Assembly: GCA_964480515.1 (NCBI GenBank)
Contig: CAYZOT010000005.1
Span: forward strand, 18,674 to 82,673
Source of the DNA: an uncultured Gemmatimonadota bacterium
Lineage (GTDB): Bacteria > Gemmatimonadota > Gemmatimonadetes > Palauibacterales > Palauibacteraceae
Length of the DNA: 64,000 nt
Direction of reading: 5' to 3'
The notes under the pieces were generated by a model, which worked only from the letters and a program-made list of their open reading frames with translations, was not told the DNA's origin and did not search any database. Shown here in pieces: positions 28,535 to 38,542 of this stretch (position 1 is the stretch's first letter; every line of letters starts with the position of its first letter). The position numbers and the translations under genes were made by a program.

Positions 28535-30658
28535 TTATGTAGTTGTATCATTTGACTTCATGTTATTCATGAACCAAGTGAGGATGCGCTCGGAAACATC
28601 CATTAAAAATTTCGGTTCTCGCGGACCGTGAGGGGTTCGCGGATACACAATCATTTCCGTTGGGACATCTCGTCGGTCAAGTGCTCGATAAAACTCCTGA
28701 CCTTGAGTGAACGGGACCCTCAAATCCTCTGCGCCGTGAATTACTTGCGTCGGTGTCACGACCTTAGCGATGTGATACATGGCAGAGTGCCGCTCGTATC
28801 GTTCATAGTCTTCCCAAAATTCAACTCCCATGTGACCGACCAGATAGTCCTGAATGTCCGTGGTGGTGGTCATTGAAATGAGATTTGGAAGTCCGGCTCC
28901 CATACTTGCCGCTTTGAACCGATCCGTCTGAGTGACGGCCCATGAGGTCATATAGCCGCCATAACTCCACCCCATCAGGAGGAGTTGGTCGGCATCAACG
29001 ACTCCCATCGCTATGACGTGATCGACCCCGGCCATGAGGTCTCGAAAGTCACCAAAACCCCAGTCCTGGAAATTTGCGTATCGAAAATCTTTCCCATAAC
29101 CCGTTGACCCACGAGGATTTGGTCGAAGAATAGCGAAGCCTTTCTGAGCAAAATACTGCAGCATGTATATCGAAGGTGCTCCTGTGAATCCTTGGCTGAA
29201 CACCCCCCCGGGCCCTCCGTGCACATTTAGGATTAGGGGTACACTTTGCCCCTCTTGGTAATCGACGGGGTAGGTAAGAAGACCCTCAATTTCGAATCCC
29301 TCGGTCGAAGTCCACGAGGTGAGTTCAGTCCGACCCATCAAAGGTCGAGGAATATCTTTGTGGATATTTGTGACTTGAGTTGGGCTGTAGGTACGCGTGG
29401 GCGAAACAAACACGTCCCATGGTTCGTCGGACGTCTGGTAAGTAAATGCCATATGCTCACTATCAGTGCTTAATGAGACGGAACCAACAATCCCGTCGCC
29501 ATACGAAATGTAGTGTAGTTCGCTCCCATCGATGGGTACGGAAATCACGTGTCGACGAGTTCCCAGAGATTCAATCAGGAGAAGGCTTTGAGAATCACCG
29601 GACCAGCCGATAATAGATGCGCTCCTGTTGGGGGTGTCGATTGCCCGGCCCTCACCGCCAGTTGCAGGTATCACATAGAGGTCACTAAGTCCTATGGGTT
29701 CAGGCTGGTCCCCGGTCGACACATAGGCGATCCACTGTCCGTCATGCGACCATACAGGACGTCTTTCAATGCCAGGCCCGGTAACCAAGTCGGTCATCTC
29801 GCCGAAAACCAGTGGTTCAGGGATTTCAGCATCAGTCTCGGGTTGGCTTTCTTCATGATTAGCCAGCATCTCCGTGATTTCAGATGCTGTGGGTACCGTC
29901 ACGGTCGCGATATCACCGCTTAGTCGGGCAGTGTTAATTCGGGGATCTTTTTGGTGCGAAAACACGATTTGAGTTCCATCCGGAGCCCAACTAAACCCCG
30001 TCACGTGAAAGTCTCCTGCAGTCAGCCTGAGGGATCTCACGGATTCCGTTCGAGCTTCAGGTAACGCAACAACGTACAGGTGTGAAAACTTGTAGTTTCG
30101 GTCGACTAGAATTACGTCTCGTTTTTCTTCTTTGGCGGTTTTCTCTGCGGAGGTCTCTGGGTCGCGCATCAGGAACGCGATACGGGAACCATCAGGTGAC
30201 CAGCGATATGTGTCAACTGAGGCTTCAGTGGTGGTGACTTGACGTCCTTCACCGCCGGAAAGCGGGAGGACCCACACCTGGTTCATGGGGGTGGACCCCT
30301 CGCTGGAGCGTGACGTTGTGAAGGTGAGCCAATTCCCATCGGGTGAAAACTGCGGATCACTGGCAGAGTTTCCCCCCCGTGTCCATTGTGCCGCGCGTCT
30401 CCCCTCTGAGTCTACCATCCAAATATGACTTAGATACTCGGACTTTGGTCCTTCCATAAGAGGTTTTCGTACCGCATAAGCGATGCGAGAACCATCAGGG
30501 GAGATCGCTGTACTCCCAACTTGGTGAAACCGCATACTGAGTTCGGGTGTCCAGCTCCAAGTTTTCTCTTGGCCGGAGATCTCTGGGGCGATCAAGATTA
30601 GCGCGAGTACCAAGAAAGAGGTGATATGGGCGCGTCGTTCGAACGAGAAAGAGGCCAT
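28535..30658 (-). CDS. S9 family serine peptidase with TolB-like propeller, secreted
   Basis: 707 aa with signal peptide. Contains SPDGSRIAF/SPDGNWLTF/WSPDGSRIAF repeats, the GxSxG nucleophile elbow GWSYGGYMTSW, and the catalytic region HGAEDLRVP...PRTPHG. Confidence 0.85.
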   Translation of the reverse strand: MASFSFERRAHITSFLVLALILIAPEISGQEKTWSWTPELSMRFHQVGSTAISPDGSRIAYAVRKPLMEGPKSEYLSHIWMVDSEGRRAAQWTRGGNSASDPQFSPDGNWLTFTTSRSSEGSTPMNQVWVLPLSGGEGRQVTTTEASVDTYRWSPDGSRIAFLMRDPETSAEKTAKEEKRDVILVDRNYKFSHLYVVALPEARTESVRSLRLTAGDFHVTGFSWAPDGTQIVFSHQKDPRINTARLSGDIATVTVPTASEITEMLANHEESQPETDAEIPEPLVFGEMTDLVTGPGIERRPVWSHDGQWIAYVSTGDQPEPIGLSDLYVIPATGGEGRAIDTPNRSASIIGWSGDSQSLLLIESLGTRRHVISVPIDGSELHYISYGDGIVGSVSLSTDSEHMAFTYQTSDEPWDVFVSPTRTYSPTQVTNIHKDIPRPLMGRTELTSWTSTEGFEIEGLLTYPVDYQEGQSVPLILNVHGGPGGVFSQGFTGAPSIYMLQYFAQKGFAILRPNPRGSTGYGKDFRYANFQDWGFGDFRDLMAGVDHVIAMGVVDADQLLLMGWSYGGYMTSWAVTQTDRFKAASMGAGLPNLISMTTTTDIQDYLVGHMGVEFWEDYERYERHSAMYHIAKVVTPTQVIHGAEDLRVPFTQGQEFYRALDRRDVPTEMIVYPRTPHGPREPKFLMDVSERILTWFMNNMKSNDTTT

Positions 30659-30859
30659 GGTGTACCTTATTGTTAAGTTGGTGTACAGAAATCAAGGTTG
30701 GAATGATGCCTTGCGCTACACCTTCTGTTCAAGACCTTGGTGCATAGTAGAAGTACATCAGAGGTCATCCTTCGTGGTTGACCGGAGTACCAAAGTGAGG
30801 GCTTACTTGATGTCGAACCTGTAAATGACGACCAACAAGATGAATGTAAAAGGCAACTG

Positions 30860-32878
30860 ATGCGATCACATAGAGTTTGGTGGGTCAGCACTCTTCTGCT
30901 GTACCTGTCTCTGTTCACGATTGATCTGGCACTGCCGGGTAGGACAATGGGGCAGGAAACGGCCGAGCCCGACTCGGTTGAGTTGGTGAGGCTTGATTCG
31001 CTTCGCCGGATTTTTGATCCAGTGGAGGCTTTTGCACCACTGGATCTTCCTCTACCTGATGCGTTTCGTTCAGCGGAGGGGCGGCCAGGGGAAGCGTATT
31101 GGCAGCAACGAACAGACTACTCCATTAAAGCTACCCTTGAGGGAAATATGATCTCGGGTACTGAAACAATTACTTACACGAACAACAGCCCCGATTCACT
31201 GACTAGTCTATGGGTTCAGCTCGACCAAAATCTGTTTCGTAAAGACAGCTATGGTGCGCAACGCGCAGAAGAAGGAGCTCGGCACGGGGGCTTCTTTGAT
31301 AACGGAGGTTTCGATATCGGGGGTGTAACGCTGGACCGAGGTGAGAAACTCTCCATTCCTGAATACCGAATCGAAGATACGATGATGGAGGTGTTCCTCG
31401 ATGAACCCCTTGGCCCCTCCGGACAGAAGCTCGAATTGACGGTTGATTTCTCATTTGAGATTCCCGAGCGAGGGGGAGACCGAATGGGGCGTTTGGATGT
31501 CCGGCGTGGTACGGTATACCAATTAGCGCAGTGGTACCCGCGGATGTTTGCGTACGACGATGTGGCGGGGTGGAATCAATCACCATTTTTGGGTCAGGGC
31601 GAGTGGTACCTTGAGTATGGCGATTTTGATGTAGAACTTATCGTCCCGCGAGATTTTATCGTTCTGGCCACAGGTGAACTTCAAAATCCCGAAGAGGTTT
31701 TGACCTCCACCCAGTTGGACCGACTGTCTCAGGCGAGAGTCTCGGAGGAGACAATCTTTGTCATCGGACCAGATGAAGTGGGAGATGGGTCGACTCGTCC
31801 AGTTGGGGAGGCCCCGCTGACGTGGCATTTCCGAGCAGAGAATGTCCGCGATTTCGCTTGGGCGGCCTCGGATCGGTTTGTTTGGGATGCTGCGGGTTGG
31901 GAAGACGTACTCATTATGTCAGCCTATCCAGAGGAAAGCATCGGAACGCGGGGTGTCTCCGGTTGGGAACAATCGACTGAGTACCTCAGGCACTCAGTTA
32001 AGCATTACTCTGAAAAGTGGTATCGGTACCCTTATCCGGTCGCAATCAATATCGCTGGTCTCGCCCTCGGGATGGAATACCCCATGATCATATTCTGCTC
32101 CTATCAGTCACGAGGGTCCTTCCTTTTTTCTGTGACTGATCACGAGATAGGACACACGTGGTTCCCTATGATTGTTGGGTCAGACGAACGAAGCTACGCA
32201 TGGATGGACGAAGGATTCGACACTTTCATCAACTACTACTCAGGTATCGACTTTTCTGGTGGTGAACCGATCTTCGGTGGGTTCATGGCTCCTGCTCAGA
32301 TTGCTGATGATAGTCGAATCCCAGGCATGCCTGTGTTTACGCTGCCCGACAGTATTCCTGAGGAGGATATTGGAAGATTAGCCTACAATAAACCTGCTGC
32401 GGCCCTCGTTATGTTACGAGAGAAGATTCTCGGACCAGAAGTCTTTGATAGGGCGTTTAAGGATTACATCGAAAGTTGGGCGTACAAACATCCACAGCCA
32501 GCTGACTTCATAAGGACAATGGAGGCTGTTTCTGGGCAGGATCTCGATTGGTTTTTTCGCGGGTGGATTTATGATGATGCAGTTCTCGACCAAGCGATTG
32601 TATCCGTTCAACGGACCGCTGATACAACGGTTGTAACAGTTGAGAACCGAGGAGGCATCCCTATGCCACTCGAGGTGCGCCTCCTTTATCGCGATGGGGG
32701 TGAGGAACGCCATAGTGCTCCTGTAGATGCCTGGAAGGTAGATGGCACATATGTATTGCAGGTGGTGGGAGGTGCAGTGAGGCAAGTACAACTCGATCCC
32801 GACGGGGCCCTGCCTGATATAAATCGGTCAAACAACGTGTGGGGCCGTGGACTCATCGGGCGAAGTCCGCCTAAATAA
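30860..32878 (+). CDS. M1-family-like zinc metallo-aminopeptidase (gluzincin), secreted
   Basis: 672 aa with signal peptide. A GAMEN-like exopeptidase motif (GMEYP) lies upstream of HEIGH, followed by exactly 18 residues and then Glu (HEIGHTWFPMIVGSDERSYAWMDE), i.e. HExxH-x18-E. Confidence 0.65.
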   Translation: MRSHRVWWVSTLLLYLSLFTIDLALPGRTMGQETAEPDSVELVRLDSLRRIFDPVEAFAPLDLPLPDAFRSAEGRPGEAYWQQRTDYSIKATLEGNMISGTETITYTNNSPDSLTSLWVQLDQNLFRKDSYGAQRAEEGARHGGFFDNGGFDIGGVTLDRGEKLSIPEYRIEDTMMEVFLDEPLGPSGQKLELTVDFSFEIPERGGDRMGRLDVRRGTVYQLAQWYPRMFAYDDVAGWNQSPFLGQGEWYLEYGDFDVELIVPRDFIVLATGELQNPEEVLTSTQLDRLSQARVSEETIFVIGPDEVGDGSTRPVGEAPLTWHFRAENVRDFAWAASDRFVWDAAGWEDVLIMSAYPEESIGTRGVSGWEQSTEYLRHSVKHYSEKWYRYPYPVAINIAGLALGMEYPMIIFCSYQSRGSFLFSVTDHEIGHTWFPMIVGSDERSYAWMDEGFDTFINYYSGIDFSGGEPIFGGFMAPAQIADDSRIPGMPVFTLPDSIPEEDIGRLAYNKPAAALVMLREKILGPEVFDRAFKDYIESWAYKHPQPADFIRTMEAVSGQDLDWFFRGWIYDDAVLDQAIVSVQRTADTTVVTVENRGGIPMPLEVRLLYRDGGEERHSAPVDAWKVDGTYVLQVVGGAVRQVQLDPDGALPDINRSNNVWGRGLIGRSPPK

Positions 32879-32971
32879 CGAAAACATTATTGTGATGAGA
32901 CGGAGGCTCCGAACTTGCCGGGCCTTGGTCACCGTCCCAAACTCACCGAAACTTTCAGACGGGGGTAACCC

Positions 32972-34696
32972 ATGGATTTCGCCGACGGTTTCGCCAATAT
33001 CGTCGCTTGGCTCAACCACAACGTCGCTGAGTTCGGATTTACGATCGGCGAAGAGAAGCTCACGCTTCAGGTGGTTCTTCTACTTGGGATTGGGCTTTAC
33101 CTCACACTGAACCTGGGGTTCATTCAGATCAGACGCTTCGTCCACGGCTTTGCAGTGGCGACAGGCAGATATGATGACCCTAATGATCCTGGGGATGTGT
33201 CTCATTTTCAGGCGCTCACCACTGCTCTGAGTGCTACGGTCGGCATTGGAAACATCGCAGGTGCTGCTACTGCTATCCACTGGGGTGGGCCCGGAGCCCT
33301 CTTCTGGATGTGGATGACTGCATTTCTTGGGATGGCGACAAAATTTAGCGAAGTGACACTCGCCCAAAAGTTCAGAGACGTTGAAGAGACTTCCGCTAAG
33401 TACAGCGGTACGGTTTCGGGCGGACCCATGTATTATATTGAGCGTGGATTGGGGCCACGGTGGAAGCCGGTCGCCGCCTTCTTCGCGATCATGTTGGGCC
33501 TTACGGCATTCATGACGGGGAATGCGATTCAGGCAAATACGGTGGCGGATTCCATGTTCGCCCAGTTCAACATCAGTAAGGTTCTCACCGGACTCGTTAC
33601 CTCGGCTATTGTCGGCCTCGTGATTCTGGGAGGGATCACTCGAATTGGCCGTGTCACGAGTATCCTCGCCCCCTTTATGGCTGCGATCTACGTAACAGGG
33701 GCTCTCATCATAATCATCCTAAACTTCGGGCAAGTCCCAGGGACCTTCGCATTAATTTTCCGGGAAGCCTTTAACCCGACGGCTGGTATCGCGGGGACAG
33801 GAGCAGGTGCATTTCTGATTACGATGATGTGGGGCGTACGCCGCGGTTTATTCTCGAATGAAGCAGGGCAGGGCTCGGCGCCGATTGCACACGCCGCGGC
33901 AAAGACAGATGAGCCTGTTTCAGAGGGTGTCGTCGCTCTACTCGAGCCGTTTATTGATACAATCGTCATTGTCACCATGACGGCACTAGTTGTGATCATG
34001 ACTGGAGCTTGGGACTCGCGTGTCCCAACGCAGATCACGCTTGACGGGGGCGATGTTTCCTATGTTGCACTTGATGACTCTGGGGGCTCTGCTCCATTGG
34101 GACCCACTGGGACAGTCCGTTACACAGCTGGCCGACCGGCGAATACCACGGAACCGCACCTTGCGTGGCATGAGGTTTCAGTCAAGGAACTTTTTGAAGA
34201 CGAGGAACAAACTCAGCCGTTCACTGGTTCAGTTGATCCTGTTCGACAGGTTGCGCTAGCGGACGACGGGCGCGAGTTGTCGACCTTGTACGGGAATGCG
34301 GTGGAGAGTGGGGCACCGCTCACTCAACTCGGATTTCGGCGAGGGCTTGCCCCCTTAGGTGATTGGGGTCATTACATCGTAATCTTTTCAGTGCTTCTTT
34401 TCGCCCTGTCCACGGCCATCTCCTGGAGCTACTACGGAGACCGGTGTGCTAATTACCTATTTGGAGCGAAGGCGGTCATTCCCTATAAACTCATGTTTGT
34501 TGGGATGCATTTCATTGGCGCGGTACTACCTCTAGCTGTTGTGTGGTCTCTTGGAGACGTGTTTCTCGCAATAGTGATCGTTCCCAATTTGATCGCCCTA
34601 GTGTTCTTGTCCCGCCACCTCAAGGGGATGACGGACAGTTATTTCGAACGCACCCCGTGGGTGCGGGTGGGTGATGCACGTCGCGCTGGTCAATGA
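32972..34696 (+). CDS. Alanine/glycine:cation symporter (AGCS family) amino-acid transporter
   Basis: 574 aa and multi-TM. GIGNIAGAATAIHWGGPGALFWMWMTAFLGMATKFSE is the AGCS signature region. Confidence 0.85.
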   Translation: MDFADGFANIVAWLNHNVAEFGFTIGEEKLTLQVVLLLGIGLYLTLNLGFIQIRRFVHGFAVATGRYDDPNDPGDVSHFQALTTALSATVGIGNIAGAATAIHWGGPGALFWMWMTAFLGMATKFSEVTLAQKFRDVEETSAKYSGTVSGGPMYYIERGLGPRWKPVAAFFAIMLGLTAFMTGNAIQANTVADSMFAQFNISKVLTGLVTSAIVGLVILGGITRIGRVTSILAPFMAAIYVTGALIIIILNFGQVPGTFALIFREAFNPTAGIAGTGAGAFLITMMWGVRRGLFSNEAGQGSAPIAHAAAKTDEPVSEGVVALLEPFIDTIVIVTMTALVVIMTGAWDSRVPTQITLDGGDVSYVALDDSGGSAPLGPTGTVRYTAGRPANTTEPHLAWHEVSVKELFEDEEQTQPFTGSVDPVRQVALADDGRELSTLYGNAVESGAPLTQLGFRRGLAPLGDWGHYIVIFSVLLFALSTAISWSYYGDRCANYLFGAKAVIPYKLMFVGMHFIGAVLPLAVVWSLGDVFLAIVIVPNLIALVFLSRHLKGMTDSYFERTPWVRVGDARRAGQ

Positions 34697-34772
34697 TGTC
34701 GTAGACTAGAGGAAGGGATGGAGGGTAGCAGCCATGCCGGGTCGCTACGCTCCAGCGCCTATTATGAGAGGG

Positions 34773-35549
34773 TTAAGAACTGCTTCGGTGAACGTGGTGG
34801 ATGCTCCGTTGGTCTGTAGCAAAAACCAGCACGTCCGCTACGTTCATACGAGGTGGAGCGTTAACCACGAACGAAACTACTTCCGCAACATCTTGCCCCT
34901 TCAATGCATCGAACCCCTCATAAACAGCCTCGGCCCGAGCTTCATCTCCGTCAAAACGCACGAGGGAAAACTCTGTCTCCACTAACCCGGGGTTCACGCT
35001 TGAGACGCGAACTTTCGTTCCGAGGACATCGAGGTTGGTTCCTTCAGTAAGAGCTTGCACTGCATACTTAGTAGCGTTGTATACATTGCCTCGGGGGTAG
35101 ACCTGGCGGCCTGCGATACTCCCAATGTTGACTAGGTGTCCGTGGTTTCGCTCTACCATATCCGGCAAGAACGCCCGTGTGACAAAGAGAAGTCCCTTGA
35201 CGTTAGTGTCGATCATGCGGTTCCAGTCTTCAACTTCACCCTCTTGCATGAGAGACATTCCAGCCCCCATGCCGGCATTATTGATCACAATGTCGGGGCT
35301 CTGTCCGTTCGCCCGCAATTGATCGGATTCTTTAAAGACTAGCTCATGATTGCGGATATCGATGCTTGCAATGTCAACAGTCACGCCACTCTCGTCAGTG
35401 ATCTCGGATGCGAGGTGGGTGAGACGTTTTTTTCGGCGGGCCCACAAGATCAAATCCGCGCCATCACGCGCCAATTGTTTTGCACAGGCCTCTCCGATGC
35501 CGGCGCTTGCACCGGTAATGAGCGCGAGCTTTCCTTTGATTCTACTCAC
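34773..35549 (-). CDS. Short-chain dehydrogenase/reductase (SDR) family oxidoreductase
   Basis: 258 aa. An N-terminal Rossmann motif GKLALITGASAGIGEACAKQ (TGxxxGIG) is present, and NNAG and YxxxK (YNATKYAV) motifs are present. Confidence 0.85.
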   Translation of the reverse strand: MSRIKGKLALITGASAGIGEACAKQLARDGADLILWARRKKRLTHLASEITDESGVTVDIASIDIRNHELVFKESDQLRANGQSPDIVINNAGMGAGMSLMQEGEVEDWNRMIDTNVKGLLFVTRAFLPDMVERNHGHLVNIGSIAGRQVYPRGNVYNATKYAVQALTEGTNLDVLGTKVRVSSVNPGLVETEFSLVRFDGDEARAEAVYEGFDALKGQDVAEVVSFVVNAPPRMNVADVLVFATDQRSIHHVHRSSS

Positions 35550-35564
35550 TGAACTATTTCCTTG

Positions 35565-37712
35565 TTAGTTATTGTCTGAGGTGCTTATAGGGCTCAGTCG
35601 ATCCTTCATAAAATTGGCAGTGGCCTCGAAGGCGGCCAACCAGTTCCGGTGAAGCAGAAATCCATGTACTTCGTCAGGGAAGACTAATTGCTCAACCTCT
35701 ACGCCACGTTGCCTAAGCATTTCTAGCAGGTCCACAGATTCTGAAAACGGTACGTTTCGATCATCGTCACCATGAATGAGGAGAACTGGTGAGCGCCACC
35801 CATCGATCCACCCCATTGGGGAAGACTCGTAAGCAAGACGTGCGAATTCTTCGTGTTGCTCAGGTTGGTAGGAGGGAACAAAGTTTTGGACGCACACGTT
35901 CCAATCGTGGCACCCATGGATGTCGACGCCCGCTGCGAACAGGTCCGAGTTACGCGCGAGACCAAGGGCTGTCAGGTATCCACCGTACGACCCTCCCCAT
36001 AAAGCGATCCGGTTGGGATCCACATCACTTCGAGAACCAAGGAATAACCCTGCAGCCACAACGTCTCGGTATTCGCTAGCGCCGCGAGCTCCATAATCTA
36101 GCGCCTCACGGAACTCCATTCCGTATCCAGTCCCACTACGGTAGTTGACTGATAAGACAACGTAGCCGCGGCTCGCAAAGTATTGATTCAAGGCATATGC
36201 GTTATGGTAGTATCGGAGATAATGCCACCCCAGCAGCATCTGACGCCGTGAGCCACCATGGAAAAAAATGATGGCCGGTTTACGCTCTTCTGGATTAATC
36301 TCGGGGGGGAGGAATAATTGACCGTGGATTGGTAGTAGATCTTCAGACCCGAAGACAACCTGTTTGGGCGTAACCAGCTCTTGATGGGGAAATCGGCTGG
36401 GCATGAAGTCATGTATAAGTGGTCGCCTAGTCCCTCCTGCAGGTAGCACCTCGGCGTGTGCGGGCGTTGTAGCGTCCGAAGCAAGGAATGCTAATGTTTG
36501 CCCATCAGCAGTTACAGCTGCCCCCCATTCTATGCCGTCGCCGGAAGTCAAAGCTTCGGGCGCTTCGTCCATTGTCACTCGCCATAAATGTCGGCGATCA
36601 ATGTCATCTTCGTTCGATGAAAAGTATACCTGGCGTCCGTCTGTAGAAGGGAGAACGTGTTCGACCTCGAAATCTCCCGGCGTGAGTAGAGTGGCTCCAC
36701 TTCCCGTAATTGGAATCGAGTATAATTGAGTCCAGCCCTGTCTCTCCCATGGGAAGACGAGGTGGTCTGATGAAAGCCAGACCAACTGTGGCCCCGTTAT
36801 CGCATGAAAGGCACTCCCTTCTCCCGGGGTTGCCTTCCAAATTTCTCGTCCGGTCCCTGAACTCACGTTAGCAATGCGGATGGACCAAGGGAGTGCGGAA
36901 CGAACGGGTGAGAAGGGTAGTTGTCCACCCCGATTAGGGATCCGAAGAAACGCGATTTCGCTTCCGTCAGGTGACCATGTTGGCGAACCGTCACGATCCA
37001 AACTGGGGTCTAGATAGCGAACTGTTCGGTGTGGTAGATCAAATACGCCAACGAAAGAGTGGTCCCCACGGTTGCTTACAAATGCGAGTTTGTCGCCTGT
37101 CGGAGACCAGGTTAAAGATCCAGCGCTCCCTCTTATAGTGAACAGAGGTGTTGGATCGGCTCTCCCCGCGAGTGGGGTTGCGAAAACCTGTCCTCGACGG
37201 ATGAACGCCAGTGTTCTTCCATCAGGTTTTATTGCTGGCGAGGCGCCATCGGCAATGGCTTGGGTTCCTCCATCGAGAGAGGTGACCCACAATGTCTGTG
37301 TGGCCGGCTCTGGTTCGGATCTCGGGTTTGGGATCTCGCCGGAACGGTTAGGCCCTCCACCGCGCACAAAAACGATACGGCGTGCGTCTGGGGTGAAGTG
37401 GAGTGATAGCAGGTCTTGACCATCATCATCGGACCAATCAGTGAGCTTACGGCCGACAAAGTCTGGTCCTTCTGCAACCCAGATGTTGCGGGCACCTTGT
37501 TCATATCGAACCCAGGCGAACGCAGCGCCGTTGGGGGCGGCGACGAGATCGGTAGCAAAGGGAGCAGAAAGTATATCTTGGATCGAATAAGGTGTTTGTG
37601 CTTCTGCGCCGACCCCGAAGCCGCCTACGGCAATAGCAACTAACAATCCATTGCGAACGTCCAGTTCCACTTTCTGAAGTCGTTGGCTGTAGAGCTTGGC
37701 GTGACTCAGCAT
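35565..37712 (-). CDS. S9 family serine peptidase with TolB-like propeller, secreted
   Basis: Start moved to the internal Met (MLSHAKLYSQ...NGLLVAIAVGGFGVGAEAQ, signal-like), which removes a 62-nt overlap with the upstream GNAT gene (ORF-track start 37808). Contains the GxSxG elbow LWGGSYGGYLTALG, the catalytic region HGDDDRNVPF...DEVHGF, and WSPTGDKLAF/WSPDGSEIAF repeats. Confidence 0.8.
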   Translation of the reverse strand: MLSHAKLYSQRLQKVELDVRNGLLVAIAVGGFGVGAEAQTPYSIQDILSAPFATDLVAAPNGAAFAWVRYEQGARNIWVAEGPDFVGRKLTDWSDDDGQDLLSLHFTPDARRIVFVRGGGPNRSGEIPNPRSEPEPATQTLWVTSLDGGTQAIADGASPAIKPDGRTLAFIRRGQVFATPLAGRADPTPLFTIRGSAGSLTWSPTGDKLAFVSNRGDHSFVGVFDLPHRTVRYLDPSLDRDGSPTWSPDGSEIAFLRIPNRGGQLPFSPVRSALPWSIRIANVSSGTGREIWKATPGEGSAFHAITGPQLVWLSSDHLVFPWERQGWTQLYSIPITGSGATLLTPGDFEVEHVLPSTDGRQVYFSSNEDDIDRRHLWRVTMDEAPEALTSGDGIEWGAAVTADGQTLAFLASDATTPAHAEVLPAGGTRRPLIHDFMPSRFPHQELVTPKQVVFGSEDLLPIHGQLFLPPEINPEERKPAIIFFHGGSRRQMLLGWHYLRYYHNAYALNQYFASRGYVVLSVNYRSGTGYGMEFREALDYGARGASEYRDVVAAGLFLGSRSDVDPNRIALWGGSYGGYLTALGLARNSDLFAAGVDIHGCHDWNVCVQNFVPSYQPEQHEEFARLAYESSPMGWIDGWRSPVLLIHGDDDRNVPFSESVDLLEMLRQRGVEVEQLVFPDEVHGFLLHRNWLAAFEATANFMKDRLSPISTSDNN

Positions 37713-37746
37713 AGTGTTTAGGTACCCTTTTTGGGGTACAGATCGG

Positions 37747-38541
37747 TTATGATCGGGTAAGGAAGTAGTAGCAGGTGCTGGTCCCACGGTAGAGATTTTG
37801 TACAGCATACCCCCTCCTAAGATACTTCATGAACGCGTTTCGTACTGTCGCTCGCCATTGTACCAGATCGACATCTTCTTCTGTAGAGTCAGTGAGTTCG
37901 CCGGGGATTTCAATGAAGACCTCATCTCCCGAAGGCATTTCCTTTGATGTTGACCCCAGACCTGGTCGGGCGACAAGACAGTCTTTTTTGGGTGCTTGTT
38001 TGCTATCGAACCGTAAGGCCCCCTCAACCGCCCTGCGAGTCCGCCGACTTTCGAGGTCCCAGCGCACAATGAATCTGTCCGTTTCGCCCCCGACGTGAAG
38101 CAGGCTTCCCGTATCGGCACCGTACATGTTCGGAACGTAAGTCAGAATAGTGGCTCCGAGTCGGTTCAGGTTGAGGTGCGCATTTTGGGCAACCATTGGG
38201 TCGAACGTCCAGAACACTGTGCTAATCCCACGTGTCAGGAGTTCTTCGCGTTGGAATAATTTGAGGCGGCGACCTAATCCCTCACCGCGTGCGGATGAAT
38301 GCACTGCCAACATATGGGACCAGTGGCAGATCGTGTCTTCGAAATTTGCGAATAGTGAATAGATGAAACCTACTAGCGTGTCACCGACGAATGCTCCACC
38401 CAAGAAGCCCCCCGTTTTTTGCGATACTTGGAGAACTGAAGTGGGGGCAACTTCTGAGTAGCCTTCCCCCCAGGTTGCATTCTGGAGGTCTACGCAGGAA
38501 CGTAACTCGGCTAAATCCTTGAGTGTCCGAAGTTCGATCAT
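37747..38541 (-). CDS. GNAT-family acyltransferase (with C-terminal extension)
   Basis: 264 aa. GNAT motif A is present in HMLAVHSSARGEGLGRRLKLFQ (Q/R-x-x-G-x-G/A). The start abuts the stop of the upstream enolase-superfamily gene (1-nt gap). Confidence 0.5.
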   Translation of the reverse strand: MIELRTLKDLAELRSCVDLQNATWGEGYSEVAPTSVLQVSQKTGGFLGGAFVGDTLVGFIYSLFANFEDTICHWSHMLAVHSSARGEGLGRRLKLFQREELLTRGISTVFWTFDPMVAQNAHLNLNRLGATILTYVPNMYGADTGSLLHVGGETDRFIVRWDLESRRTRRAVEGALRFDSKQAPKKDCLVARPGLGSTSKEMPSGDEVFIEIPGELTDSTEEDVDLVQWRATVRNAFMKYLRRGYAVQNLYRGTSTCYYFLTRS

Positions 38542-38542
38542 A